A program made the translations under genes and the position numbers. Under the pieces are notes generated by a model, which was given only the letters and a program-made list of their open reading frames with translations, had not been told where the DNA came from and did not search any database. DNA of 64,000 nucleotides from a virus, in IMG/VR virus record IMGVR_UViG_3300008108_000033, positions 1 to 64,000 of that record; one strand, written 5' to 3'. This document shows, piece after piece, positions 19,201 to 29,374 of the stretch; position 1 is the first letter of the stretch, and every line of letters starts with the position of its first letter.

Positions 19201-22200
19201 GATGGGCGCTTTTGCAAGTATAGCCGCATCACTTGCTGTGGCCGCTGCATCGGTTATTGGAGTTGCGGCATTGTTAAAATACGTGCAAAAATTCAAAGTA
19301 ACTATGACCGACGTTAATAAGGCCGGCTTGTTGATGGGAACTATAGCTCTTGGAATTGGCGGTTTGTTTGCAAGTTTAGCCGGCAGCATTGCAATAATTG
19401 CGGCAATGGATTTGGGGGGCAAAGAAGGTGACTTTGCAAAAGCCGAAAAGAATTTAGAAATAATGGGCGGCGTTCTTAAACAGCTTGCGCCAGCATTTTT
19501 CGTAATTTTAGGAATTACTGCGGCCTTGACTGCTCTGCAAGTGATGCAGCAAAAAGTATCCGACGAGACTAAAAAAGTAGACTTAATGGATATAACAAAA
19601 AATGTTGGTATTGCAGTTGCATTCATGGAAGCAATACTGTTGGCGCTGCCTCCGCTTATTTACGCAGTAGTAGAAGTTGCGAAAAAAACCGGAGGTCTAA
19701 TAGGAGACCCAAAGAAATTTACAAAAGATATGGAAAAATTCCATATTATGATGCAGGAATTTTATAAGGCATCATTAATGCTTTTGCCAATAGCGGCTGT
19801 GGCAGCGGCAATTGGATTTGCCTTAGAAAAAGCACAAATGAGTCTTTCTAGCGCTGCTAAAACTCTAGGCAAAGGAGCTTTGGTAGCAGGTCTTCTTATG
19901 ATAATAGGACTAGCTTTAACCCACATAGCGGCAACAGTGACGAGACTTGTGGGATGGATGACCGAGTACGAAATCTTCACTCCGGAGGGCTCGAAAGTAT
20001 TCGAGGCTCAATTAAAGGCATTTAGTAGCAACATCGGAAGTATAGCTTGGAATATAGCCGCCGCTGGCATCAAGGCTGGGGCCTCATTTGGATCCTTTGT
20101 GATAGGCGCGGCAGGATTCGCACTCTTTGGCGCAGGATTTTTATTAGTAGCTAAGCCGCTGCAAAGCGCTGTTCGTATCATGATGAGACTTACCAATATG
20201 TTTTCTATGCTATCTTTAGAAGAGACCAAGGCTTTGCCAATAAAAATTGCCGAATTGAAAAACACAATAACTGCAGTAAAAGACGCATTCTACTCTCTGC
20301 GAAAATTTTCATTCGATAAGAAAAAAATAGATGAGGCTCTCAATAGATTGCAGGAAGTAGTATTGCCCTTATCTACCATGGCATCTATAATATCGGACAT
20401 AAACATAGCGATTTATCAGGCAACAAACACTGCTGCTGCAGCCGCCGGGGCTGAAGCCGGCAAAGTTATGCTTGATACTATGAAGCAAATAGGAAATTTA
20501 ATTAAGGAAATAAGCACATCGGCATTCCCATCAAAATCCGAGTTTCAAAAAGTTATAAAAGACATGGACGGAATTGGCGGATTGATGAAAAAATTTATGG
20601 CCTCCACTAAAAAAATAGTTGAGGCACCCATGAAAGAAAAATTAACTAAGGGAATGTTAAAGAAAGCGGCCAGCACATACACAGATATTTCGTTAGCCAT
20701 GTCAAAATTTGCCTCAGTAGTTCACGATTATACTAAGTCAGTGGAAAGCTTGCAAAAAATAAACGAAAATAAATCTGCGATGGATAAGGTTACCAAAAAT
20801 GACAACGTAGAAAAACAAGTTGGAGACATGTTGTCATTTTCCAGAAGGCTAATAGAAACTGCGGCTAAGGAAGCAGATGAATTTGACGCTGGAAAACAAA
20901 ATAATGCAATAGCGGTTATACAAAATGCTTCTATGGTACTAAAAGCATTTGTTACTGCCATCGAAGGGTTCCAGAAAACTTTGGAGAGCGCAGAAAAAGT
21001 TGCGACGTCGTATGGCAACGGATTCGCAACACGCGCAAACAAGATCAAGGAAGCTGGACGTGCTGCGGACGGCGAAACTGATGAGTTCATAATAGTAATG
21101 ACAGATATTGCCGGCCAAATGAATAAAATTTTTAACATGCTAGAGAAGTCAATAGGATCGAATAATAATCTAAAGGCAAGCAATGTAAACGCTCTCACCG
21201 ATAAACTTAATCTTTTGGGAATGGCAGTAGAAACATTTGTGCAAGGTTTAGATAATTTTGGCGCTACTCTGCAGTCTTCATTTCAAGATACTAGGTGGTT
21301 TTTCAATTTCTTCGGACAACAAGGCGTAGGATCTTGGCTTGCACAAAATGCAGGTGATATTACTCACGGAATTCAAAATACATTTCAAGCCTTAGATGGC
21401 ATGTTTTATCATTTCACCGACTTAATGTCACGAACTAAATGGGAAAAACAAGTAAAAAACTTTAAGGAATACTCGGATAACTTCAAAAAGATGACCGACG
21501 CTGTAATTAATATGGGGTCTTCATTTTCACAACTGTCAAACGCGATGAAGAATCATTTTGCTGTTTTGATACCAGAAAGAGGGCGAGGCGGCAAATACGA
21601 TAATACTAAATTCGAAAAATATTACAATGATTTAGGAAACATGATAACCAATGTGGGCAAAGTAATTGACCAAATGGTAAATAAATTAGATGAAAATATG
21701 AAATATGATGATGCTGTGTTGGATAAAATTTCCAAAAAGACAACGGCAGTAGAGCCATTTATTAAAACACTTTTGACTATTTCTGAGTCTGTGGCTAAAA
21801 TGGCGGCTTTCATGAGTCCAGACCTTCCTAGCGAACAAGAGTTTGAAGCCTCTGGCAAAAAAATTGCAGGCGCTCTCAAAGGTCTTCTTTCATCTGCAAA
21901 CGTGATGGCCCAAACAGTTGAGGATGTCGATGTTGTGGCAGACGAAGCCGCCCTTGGAAAATTGACCACTGTAAGTAAGTTTTTAGATCCACTTCTTTCA
22001 TTTATAAAAACATTTGCCGAAAAGTCAGATTTGGTTACTAGGGCAAACAAAGAAGCCGGAATTGTTCCTCCTACTGATAAAATTCGTGAAAATGCCCCTA
22101 AACTTGGAGAGGCAATAGGCTCTATCATGGGGCTATATAAAGTTGTCATGGACGCAACTGGTTCCATGCCTTCAGATAGCAAAACCGAAGAAGTTTCTAA

Positions 22201-24091
22201 AAAGCTTGATTCTATAGTTTCTGTTATCAATACAGTAATCACAGTTATCGATAAACTTAAATTGGCATTTGAAAAATTAGATGACGAGTCTGCAGATGCT
22301 GGCGAAATAGCAGGAAAAAAAGACAAAGTGGCGTCTTTGTCAGAAGCAATAAAAGGCATGTTAGGAAAAGGTGGCGACAACCCATTGATGGATGTGTTCA
22401 AGTACATCAAAGAGGGTTTGGTCAAGCCCATGCTGAGAATGAATTTAGATGCAGACGACATTCAAGAAGCAGCTACGATGTTTGAAGGATTAGGCAAAAT
22501 AGCAGTTTCGGTTTCCTCGGCAATAACAAGTTTGGGCACTGCCTTTTCCGGTGTAACTATGGGAAGAGTATCACATTTGGATGTGGCCAGAAAAGTTTTA
22601 TCTAAGCATAAAGACGAAATTATGGATGTTTTGCTGGCGGTAGCCGACTTTGTGGTGCCAATAACCAAGCTTGAGATTGACGGCGATGATGCTGAAGACG
22701 CTGCGAAAGTATTAACTGGTGCCAGCCAAATGCTTCAGGTGCTGGGTGGGAAACAAAGCGGCCCCGAAGCAGATTTCGGTTTAATAGGATATATGAGCAC
22801 AAGACTTTCTCAGTTGGTTGAACAGACAGCCAAAGCGGATGGAAAAGTAGACATGTCTATGGCCAATAAAGCCAGTGCTGCAATCAATGATTTCTCCAAA
22901 GTCTGGAAAACCATGCTGCCTGCTTTAGCAACCCTAATTCAGGGGACTGTCGAATTTGGCGGAAGCGGAGACGACGCAGAAGATGCTGCAAAAATTATCG
23001 TAGGCACTGAGCAAATTATAAAATCTTTGCCACAGTTACTTGAAAATTTACAGAATAATTTGCCTACTTTGGTCAAGCAGGCTGAGGGTATTGCCGCTCA
23101 AGCTGGATTAGGGCAAAAATTAGAGGGCAAAGCCCCTGCTTTCGCCACTCTGCTAACCCAAGTATTCGACTTCTTGCGCGAAGCAGTTATAGACCCAGTA
23201 GGCAACTTGGAAATGAACTATGACATTGAAGATGTCGCAGATATCATGAATGCAGCTCTTAATTTATCAGCAAGTTTGGGCGGGCCATTGGGCGGAATCA
23301 GCCAAAATTTAGCGCAAGTTTGTGAAAAAATGAAGGAGCAAAAGAATCTAGATTGCTTAGAACCGCTCAAAAAATTCTTCTTGGATTTAGGAAACATAGC
23401 TGGGGTTGTTGCCAACCCGCAACTCATGGCTGCTTTGGGAAGTGATGAAACCGTGGAAGCCATAGAAAGGCTACCGGACTTTCTTGAGGCTGTTAAAGGT
23501 ATATTTTCAGTTGATTTATCTACTATAGATCCTGCCACACTCGGAAATGTAGGAAATGTATTCTCATCGCTTGACAAATTTGCCCAAGACCTGCTAAAAG
23601 GCAATTTAGATTCTGTTGCCAAGAATCTGTCAGACGCAGCACGACAAGTTAGTGGAGTTGATGAAGCGCTTAGAAGTTTGGTAGCCAGCTTCTCTGGCAT
23701 CGCAGGAAGTATGTCGGAACTTGGCAAAATTGGCGGCGCAGGTATAAATGTTAACGCAAACGTTAATCAAGCATCAACAGTTCCCGGCGATCCAACTCAG
23801 CAAGCAGCCAAGGCGGTAGATTTAAATCTCGGTGCAGCCGCAATGGAAGCAGCCAATCAGGCTGAAATAACAAAACTTGTGGCAAGCAATGAAGCTATAG
23901 CGGCAAACACAGCTCAAATGGTGGTTTTGCTCGCCAACATGGGACAATCAGAAGGTGGTGGGGGCAAAAAGAAGAGCACCGGACTTGGAACCACTGATCC
24001 CATGTCATATTTGGCTAAAAAGACATTGAGAGATAGCAGTGCAACCAACTCTGCAAACTTCGCTGGCGGAGCAAGCATTCCGAAATTTTAA
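16298..24091 (+). CDS. Tail tape measure protein (2597 aa)
   Basis: Very long, Ala/Lys-rich helical, central multi-TM region, directly upstream of baseplate genes. Confidence 0.85.
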   Translation: MAVDLTGNEYQGSLDALKAAMLGLTNTAEKINKMGNGNSPNYKAMSDELKKFPEFIKDFQKVANELNAAVDQITKNTKKTGEPKKTWAQKIYECLCKEENIKKRSKDAAQQVGEELKKTTSGGGGGGGGGKKRRFRGGEDDDDDDKPLVDVIINGVKAFYKGVEKIRNSAEQAFFGFDEKANLMSKTFGDLFIAESQFNLKIKETAFEVEGITGDLIDMQKEYTNVGKSVEETGFNRTKYLKEYTENFQNGIRDAKQLQVLTKQTLSTERQLGLEAGSLAADFRAMAMSAKLNNAQTGAIGRGMVEVARNTGLTSKSMQEAYNFSKPFVENLKKAATYSSSSATNILEIAANAKKLGVEESITPLLNAATSSVDLITKSSNETKAFLYNAAGAVGKIQQLQLGILTRSKKGIRELATGMEKVLQGFGVRSMEEIENLPDEVKFRLNLQLKGAFGMELGEVTRTIEAFKEAGKGLSTRLDELNNKRNKAITLEQKLAIEEEERRLKTSGTLAVLTGLSEATKGAKDMDKAFSNFTRRLPEFQEDIKALGGEITDSRGAAKFSIEAAVKSLNDGLTKIGEKPLELSQLDIEKALNDKDSFAALMDVLNTGQNKLAIAQKAQTDPALKTSLELEKLNDNLRNDVTAPLLNVLKEQLGMQGFMEASLAFIAAEMTFGLAGLIASKMTPLDDLSKAILGFSPKDWLKGIFYGKDDKSKTKSKNSTSGTPEIKCPEMNLDWKSLGGFLKNAAIGIIGITAFVGMLAAALVALGYIAKGVSKAGIDPIEVAKQVSGIILAGVIILTEAGIAGVLLKKAMDKYGKAIMSLWSVDTLKFVGILTLMAVTLTALSAGLLYVGKAIAESSGMSAQDAIETGIRIGAIITAGTIILGVVGAATFGLVKVIPPFVAAVKALSSVGWLGAGIVAGALVALPIIAAGLLYLSIKLLQFCDTVLKSNPIDTASLQETAKTVAFLMGAFASIAASLAVAAASVIGVAALLKYVQKFKVTMTDVNKAGLLMGTIALGIGGLFASLAGSIAIIAAMDLGGKEGDFAKAEKNLEIMGGVLKQLAPAFFVILGITAALTALQVMQQKVSDETKKVDLMDITKNVGIAVAFMEAILLALPPLIYAVVEVAKKTGGLIGDPKKFTKDMEKFHIMMQEFYKASLMLLPIAAVAAAIGFALEKAQMSLSSAAKTLGKGALVAGLLMIIGLALTHIAATVTRLVGWMTEYEIFTPEGSKVFEAQLKAFSSNIGSIAWNIAAAGIKAGASFGSFVIGAAGFALFGAGFLLVAKPLQSAVRIMMRLTNMFSMLSLEETKALPIKIAELKNTITAVKDAFYSLRKFSFDKKKIDEALNRLQEVVLPLSTMASIISDINIAIYQATNTAAAAAGAEAGKVMLDTMKQIGNLIKEISTSAFPSKSEFQKVIKDMDGIGGLMKKFMASTKKIVEAPMKEKLTKGMLKKAASTYTDISLAMSKFASVVHDYTKSVESLQKINENKSAMDKVTKNDNVEKQVGDMLSFSRRLIETAAKEADEFDAGKQNNAIAVIQNASMVLKAFVTAIEGFQKTLESAEKVATSYGNGFATRANKIKEAGRAADGETDEFIIVMTDIAGQMNKIFNMLEKSIGSNNNLKASNVNALTDKLNLLGMAVETFVQGLDNFGATLQSSFQDTRWFFNFFGQQGVGSWLAQNAGDITHGIQNTFQALDGMFYHFTDLMSRTKWEKQVKNFKEYSDNFKKMTDAVINMGSSFSQLSNAMKNHFAVLIPERGRGGKYDNTKFEKYYNDLGNMITNVGKVIDQMVNKLDENMKYDDAVLDKISKKTTAVEPFIKTLLTISESVAKMAAFMSPDLPSEQEFEASGKKIAGALKGLLSSANVMAQTVEDVDVVADEAALGKLTTVSKFLDPLLSFIKTFAEKSDLVTRANKEAGIVPPTDKIRENAPKLGEAIGSIMGLYKVVMDATGSMPSDSKTEEVSKKLDSIVSVINTVITVIDKLKLAFEKLDDESADAGEIAGKKDKVASLSEAIKGMLGKGGDNPLMDVFKYIKEGLVKPMLRMNLDADDIQEAATMFEGLGKIAVSVSSAITSLGTAFSGVTMGRVSHLDVARKVLSKHKDEIMDVLLAVADFVVPITKLEIDGDDAEDAAKVLTGASQMLQVLGGKQSGPEADFGLIGYMSTRLSQLVEQTAKADGKVDMSMANKASAAINDFSKVWKTMLPALATLIQGTVEFGGSGDDAEDAAKIIVGTEQIIKSLPQLLENLQNNLPTLVKQAEGIAAQAGLGQKLEGKAPAFATLLTQVFDFLREAVIDPVGNLEMNYDIEDVADIMNAALNLSASLGGPLGGISQNLAQVCEKMKEQKNLDCLEPLKKFFLDLGNIAGVVANPQLMAALGSDETVEAIERLPDFLEAVKGIFSVDLSTIDPATLGNVGNVFSSLDKFAQDLLKGNLDSVAKNLSDAARQVSGVDEALRSLVASFSGIAGSMSELGKIGGAGINVNANVNQASTVPGDPTQQAAKAVDLNLGAAAMEAANQAEITKLVASNEAIAANTAQMVVLLANMGQSEGGGGKKKSTGLGTTDPMSYLAKKTLRDSSATNSANFAGGASIPKF

Positions 24092-24132
24092 AAAATAAGA
24101 CTCATATGTAGGTATGGGGTCTAAATAATAAT

Positions 24133-24675
24133 ATGAAAGCTACTACCGATACAGGAATTCTTAGATTTATAGATGATTGCTACATTCAAGTAGGGAGCTT
24201 AGCCCCTATTCAAATGTATATTATGCCAGATATTTCTGATGGACACGATGCTGCTTACAATCAACAAACTGGTATTGGCAGAAGTTTGCCAGCTTATACA
24301 TTTGGAAACGGTGGTCCGCGAAATATTAGCTGGACAATTCACCTTTACGCTGATTATCCAGAAAGATTGCAGCTAAATCTTCAAACACTAAGAATTATAG
24401 AAAGTTGCACATATCCCAGAATTGGAGCAGGCAATCTTCCATTTACTCCGCCTTCTATATGCAAAATCAAATGTGGTCCTATGTTAGGAGATTATCCGCT
24501 GGCCGCAGTTTTGAAAAGTTACAGCGTTAGTTTCCCAACTGACATTATGTGGTCGGAAAGGATAGGCAATTTCGGCCCAATACCTTATAAATTTGACATT
24601 ACTTGTCAATTTGAGGTGGTTTACGACGCCAGCCAGCTGCCCGGTGCTGAAAGAATATTAACGGAAGGAAACTAA
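24133..24675 (+). CDS. Tail tube initiator/baseplate tube-fold protein
   Basis: GRSLPAYTFGNGGPRNISW...YP...PPSICKIKCG...LKSYSVSF; follows TMP. Confidence 0.7.
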   Translation: MKATTDTGILRFIDDCYIQVGSLAPIQMYIMPDISDGHDAAYNQQTGIGRSLPAYTFGNGGPRNISWTIHLYADYPERLQLNLQTLRIIESCTYPRIGAGNLPFTPPSICKIKCGPMLGDYPLAAVLKSYSVSFPTDIMWSERIGNFGPIPYKFDITCQFEVVYDASQLPGAERILTEGN

Positions 24676-24676
24676 A

Positions 24677-25012
24677 ATGGCGAACAAATTTACATTTTCA
24701 GACTCTTTGCTTCCTACCGATTTCGTTGTTACCACAAGCAGATACGTGAATTCTGGCGTGGGCTATTATGGCCCGCAAAATAAAATTACTTTCGACATTT
24801 ATAAAAGAAAAGAAATAACGCAGAGTGTTGATGACAAGTTTATGCTTATTACTCCGGGCTATCAATATAGGCCAGATTTAGTGAGCCAAAAAGCATATGG
24901 CATGCCTGATTATTGGTGGATTATTTTGCAGGCAAATAGGATAAATGATGTATATCAATTTACCACTGGCAAAACTATAAGAATTCCTTTTGACATAACC
25001 ACAACAACTTAG
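24677..25012 (+). CDS. Baseplate wedge gp53-like (LysM-type) protein
   Basis: YRPDLVSQKAYG..DYWWIILQAN...GKTIRIP. Confidence 0.85.
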   Translation: MANKFTFSDSLLPTDFVVTTSRYVNSGVGYYGPQNKITFDIYKRKEITQSVDDKFMLITPGYQYRPDLVSQKAYGMPDYWWIILQANRINDVYQFTTGKTIRIPFDITTTT

Positions 25013-25020
25013 GGGAAGTA

Positions 25021-26637
25021 ATGGCTAGAGCAGGAAGAACTTGTTTATTGCCCGGCGCTGCACAGCAGTTTGCTTGTGGTGTTATTGCAAAACCGCTTAT
25101 CAATAACTTTAATCAGGCTGTAAAAACTGGATTCGTAACAATAATTTTAGTTAACCGCCAAAAAGGTGCTAAAAAAATTACTGTTGGGAATCAATCTTCG
25201 CCTTTTTACCAAAACAAAACATTCGTAAAAAGTTTTTCTTTCGGCGGCAATAATGACGCCAGTGCCCAATTCGTTTTGTACGATGCTTCAGGAAACGACA
25301 TTGGTATATTCTTAGAATCATTATATTTAGACAGTTGTACAGCAGTAAACAATACTGTTCTTATAGAATTTGGATGGATTTTGCAAAACACTGATGGCAC
25401 TGTAACAAAGTACAGCACTGCCGATAAAACATTTGCTCCATACGCCAGATTGGATCCGAAAGCAAAACCAAATCCGGGAGGGTTGCTTGGATTCGTCGTT
25501 GACAGAATAGAAGTAAATCCTGATGCCGGCGGTGGTTGGCTTTATACAGTATTTCTTTCAACTCTTTTAGACAAAAGAAACAAGCGTGCTAAATTAGCAA
25601 CCCCGGCTGGAACAAATAATCATCCTGAAAATTTAAAAAATGCTGCAAAGAAGGCTTTAAAAAAGATTTGTCCTAAAGGAACAAGGCAGTCTTCTGGTGT
25701 TGTGTTATTCGCCAGAGAAGAAGGAAATGGATTTTTGACTGAATTTGGATTTCCAAATAATGAGGGGGGATTTAAGGGTCCGAGAAGTGTTTGGGATCCT
25801 AATCGCCTAAGCTGCGTAGGAGCAGTAAGAAACTGGTTCAATGGCCAAAGAACAGATCGCGGACTGGGCATGACCATATACACCGATCCCGCTATCGATG
25901 CGCCAAATATAGTAGTTTTGGAATCGGATCCAAGTTTTTGTATAAACCCAAGAGTTAAATATTGCCCGCAGAAAAGTGGGCCAAAATACATTTACATAGT
26001 AAACGGTGGAGATTGTAGTCCGGTTCTATCTTTTAATCCAAAAGTAACGTATTTTGCTAATGCTAGGCCTCAGGGCGGTGGCACTGGTGCGATGAGTTCA
26101 AAAGCTGTTCAGGCCGAAGCGAGAAAATTAAATCCATGTCCGCCTAATATAAATGATCCATTTACAGCCGTTGAGAATAGCGCAGAAGGCGTTCAAACGC
26201 TGGTAACTGTGCCTAGTGCTGCTATGAATTACAGGTTTCCGACGAATGCTGTAGAAAAACAGGCAATAGCAATTAATGCAAATATGATTGCAAATGCTGG
26301 AAGAATCATGACATCTAACATCGAGGCAGACTTAACAATACAAGGCAACCCGGAGTTTGTGAATTTGGCAAGATGTCAGGGACTACAAGTGGGAATTATA
26401 TATTTTAATGTGCCTGCCGTAAATGCAGGGCAGCAACCGGGCATACAAGGGCCTCCACAACCGGGCCAAACAGACTGGCTTGCTTCTCCTCCGGTAAACA
26501 ACACCTTTAGCAGACTAGATTATATGATACAGGGTGTTACTCACAACATACAAGAAAATGGAGATTACATAACAACGTTACGCGTTATGGCTATCCCTGA
26601 GTGGGCACAAAAGAAAAAGCGAACCAAGAATAACTAG
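25021..26637 (+). CDS. Baseplate hub protein (gp27/gpD-like)
   Basis: IEFGW, ADLTIQGNP, YMIQGVTHNI...YITTL; synteny. Confidence 0.7.
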   Translation: MARAGRTCLLPGAAQQFACGVIAKPLINNFNQAVKTGFVTIILVNRQKGAKKITVGNQSSPFYQNKTFVKSFSFGGNNDASAQFVLYDASGNDIGIFLESLYLDSCTAVNNTVLIEFGWILQNTDGTVTKYSTADKTFAPYARLDPKAKPNPGGLLGFVVDRIEVNPDAGGGWLYTVFLSTLLDKRNKRAKLATPAGTNNHPENLKNAAKKALKKICPKGTRQSSGVVLFAREEGNGFLTEFGFPNNEGGFKGPRSVWDPNRLSCVGAVRNWFNGQRTDRGLGMTIYTDPAIDAPNIVVLESDPSFCINPRVKYCPQKSGPKYIYIVNGGDCSPVLSFNPKVTYFANARPQGGGTGAMSSKAVQAEARKLNPCPPNINDPFTAVENSAEGVQTLVTVPSAAMNYRFPTNAVEKQAIAINANMIANAGRIMTSNIEADLTIQGNPEFVNLARCQGLQVGIIYFNVPAVNAGQQPGIQGPPQPGQTDWLASPPVNNTFSRLDYMIQGVTHNIQENGDYITTLRVMAIPEWAQKKKRTKNN

Positions 26638-26647
26638 GTGAAAAATT

Positions 26648-28888
26648 ATGGCAGTTGATGTTACGGACATGAATAACGTGCAAGATGAAGATGGCAACGT
26701 AAGCGTGGAGTTTGTTGCGTCTTTGGCTGCTAAATTTCAAGAAGTAAATTCCTTCGTTAATCTTTACAGGCAGAAAGCAGAAGGGGAAATAAGTCCCGAC
26801 CAAGGGTCTTATGGGGTTTATTTGGGATATTGTGTAGACACCTTAGACATTTACAAACAAAACAGAATAAGATTTTTCTGCCCGCTTTTCCACAAGCCAG
26901 ACACTCCTATCGGTTCTTTACCTTTTGCGATGCCAATTACCAGCTTCGGCGGCATAGATGATTGCGGTGCCAACTGGGTTCCTCCTGCGGGTTCTACTGT
27001 GGCCTTGGTTTTTGAAGGTGGCGATAGACTTAGTCCATTTTATCTTGGAACGACTTGGACTAGGCTAAATGGAAGTCTGTTTCAAGGAGAATTTTATAGT
27101 GTTCCCATGGCCGAGTATGACTTGTTGTATCAAGGACAAAGAGGTGGCTACCTTTGTGGTCCCAATAACGGCACACAACTGCTTCCTCCTTGGAACACAG
27201 AAAGTTACAACGGGTTTGACATTACTTCCATAGCTGATATCAACAACACGCCTAATCTTTTGCAAAAGATGACTTTTCCTAACATTTACGGTTTCAAAAC
27301 TCCACAAAAACACATGATGAAGATGGTCGATGGCGATCCAAAGTGTAATCAAAAATGGAAAAGAATAGAAATATTATCTGGTTGTGGTAACTGGTTGATT
27401 ATGAAAGACGACCATTTGCATTATTGCGGCCAGTGGGCGCATCCAGTATGCGGGGCTATACCGGGCGACACCAGTTGCCAAGTAGGAATAGTAAATCCTC
27501 CGCCGCAAACCGCACTCGACGCAAATGGAGTTCTTGTTCCATCAGAACCATCTGGTGGAATAAACGTTTTCAACGACGAAGTAAGCGAAATAGAGGATGC
27601 TTACGCGACAATAAATTTCTTTGGCGAAAAAAAGGAAGATCCACCCGGCGCATCGGTGTGCGGCGGTCGAACGATTGGTGGAGATCCAGATTATCCCGGC
27701 AAAAACACACAGGTTGGCGCGAATCCATTTTTCAAACAGCAAAGCGAATGTCGGCCATATACAGGGCCCCAGACACCGCAAAATAATAAATGTGATTTGC
27801 CGCAAACAGGAATACAGTTGCTAAGCATTTCGGGCCATACTTTTGTCATGGATGATTCAGTTCAGGCTCCCGAAGGTGGCATGGAATGGCAAAGAAGCAC
27901 TCAGCCATTTTCATTTGGATGCACAAATAAGTTTTTAGGAAGAACATACTGGAGGAGCACTACCGGCCATCAAATTATGCTAGATGATAGTGAGCTTTTA
28001 GGATCACCAGAGCAAACTAGGAGTCAAACTAATGGAATACAGTTGCTTTCTGCTTTGGGCAACTCAATAACTCTGTGTGATTCGTCTGCAGGGCCATCAT
28101 GCCCAAGCTTGGCGACAGAACAGCAGGGCATCAGCATGGTCAGCACCAGCGGCCACACTTTTACTATGAGCGATAATAATAATGATAGGCAGATTCCTTG
28201 TAGAAAAGGATATGGGGCCAGCTCGCCAGAAAATAACGCAAAACAAGCTTACGTCAGAATTAGAACCGGATATGGCACGACGATTGAAATGTACGACGGA
28301 GAAACCCAAAAGCACGCTACCGATTCTACATATTTCCAAATAACATCACCTCAAATTGGCAATAGTAGAGGTCCGCATATTATAAGATTACAGGAAAGAG
28401 AAACACAAAATGGATATGTGTACTTGCGCGCGGGCGGAGACTACAGACTAGAAACCTTCGGTGGTGTTTCTGAAATAATTGGCATTCCCGATAATGAAGA
28501 AAGCGTTGGCAATAAAGTCACTCAGGTCAAAAACAACAACTTTGAAATTGTAAATGAAACAAAATATCAGAAAAATAATTTGCATTTGAACATTAGCGAC
28601 ACAAAGGCTTTGGTTTTGGCAGGAAAAGACTACAATCAGAAGCCTACTAAAGAACAACTCGATGCAGAAGAAGCAGCCAGAGCCGCCGGGCTGGAAGTTC
28701 CTCCACGCGAAAAAGTGCCAAACGTATGTCCTGTACTGGTTTTTGATGGTGCAAGAGGTCTTATTGTATTGAGCGACAGGTTTTTTGCTAGCGCAAGTCC
28801 TGAAGCTCCTCCAGCTAGCATATTTAATTTGACCCCGTTGACTCCGTATAAGAACATCCAAGAGTTCAAAAAGGCTCTTAAATCATAA
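26648..28888 (+). CDS. Baseplate central spike (gp5/VgrG/gpV-like)
   Basis: OB-fold VPPAGSTVALVFEGGD..PFYLG; repeated SGHTF.MDD beta-strands. Confidence 0.85.
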   Translation: MAVDVTDMNNVQDEDGNVSVEFVASLAAKFQEVNSFVNLYRQKAEGEISPDQGSYGVYLGYCVDTLDIYKQNRIRFFCPLFHKPDTPIGSLPFAMPITSFGGIDDCGANWVPPAGSTVALVFEGGDRLSPFYLGTTWTRLNGSLFQGEFYSVPMAEYDLLYQGQRGGYLCGPNNGTQLLPPWNTESYNGFDITSIADINNTPNLLQKMTFPNIYGFKTPQKHMMKMVDGDPKCNQKWKRIEILSGCGNWLIMKDDHLHYCGQWAHPVCGAIPGDTSCQVGIVNPPPQTALDANGVLVPSEPSGGINVFNDEVSEIEDAYATINFFGEKKEDPPGASVCGGRTIGGDPDYPGKNTQVGANPFFKQQSECRPYTGPQTPQNNKCDLPQTGIQLLSISGHTFVMDDSVQAPEGGMEWQRSTQPFSFGCTNKFLGRTYWRSTTGHQIMLDDSELLGSPEQTRSQTNGIQLLSALGNSITLCDSSAGPSCPSLATEQQGISMVSTSGHTFTMSDNNNDRQIPCRKGYGASSPENNAKQAYVRIRTGYGTTIEMYDGETQKHATDSTYFQITSPQIGNSRGPHIIRLQERETQNGYVYLRAGGDYRLETFGGVSEIIGIPDNEESVGNKVTQVKNNNFEIVNETKYQKNNLHLNISDTKALVLAGKDYNQKPTKEQLDAEEAARAAGLEVPPREKVPNVCPVLVFDGARGLIVLSDRFFASASPEAPPASIFNLTPLTPYKNIQEFKKALKS

Positions 28889-28956
28889 TACCACCTAAAG
28901 CACTATATAATTTATTAGGCTAAAAACTAATATAATTTAATAGTCTTTGGAGCAAT

Positions 28957-29373
28957 ATGGAACTTTTGGGATGTCCTTATCCTATTCAGAAAACGCCTTT
29001 AGGAACACTTCCGACCGTTTACGACGTGGAAGCTGTAAAGGCGGACATATTGCAGCTCATTTTGACTAATCCCGGTGAAAGAGTGATGATGCCAAATTTC
29101 GGCACACCACTTAGAAACCTTCTTTTTGAACAAAATGATCCATTGATATACGAAAAAATTAGGCAAGTAATTGTGGCATCTGTAACTCAGTGGGAACCGA
29201 GAATAGTTGTTACGGAAATTACTGTGACAGATGAAGCAAATAAATTGTCTGGGGACGCAGCAATAGCCGCAAATATGGACACAAATAGTGTTTACGTAAA
29301 ATTGAGCTTTTATTTGCCTAATAAAATTCAAGCAGTAGAAAGATTGGTAATAAAACTACCAACAGGAGTGTAA
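28957..29373 (+). CDS. gp25/gpW-like baseplate sheath initiator
   Basis: ILTNPGERVMMPNFGT.L..LLFE...WEPRI. Confidence 0.95.
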   Translation: MELLGCPYPIQKTPLGTLPTVYDVEAVKADILQLILTNPGERVMMPNFGTPLRNLLFEQNDPLIYEKIRQVIVASVTQWEPRIVVTEITVTDEANKLSGDAAIAANMDTNSVYVKLSFYLPNKIQAVERLVIKLPTGV

Positions 29374-29374
29374 T

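Noticed and set aside
16774-23727. Many long antisense ORFs within the tape measure and other large genes
   Set aside because: Expected from sense-strand codon bias; no RBS or recognisable motifs
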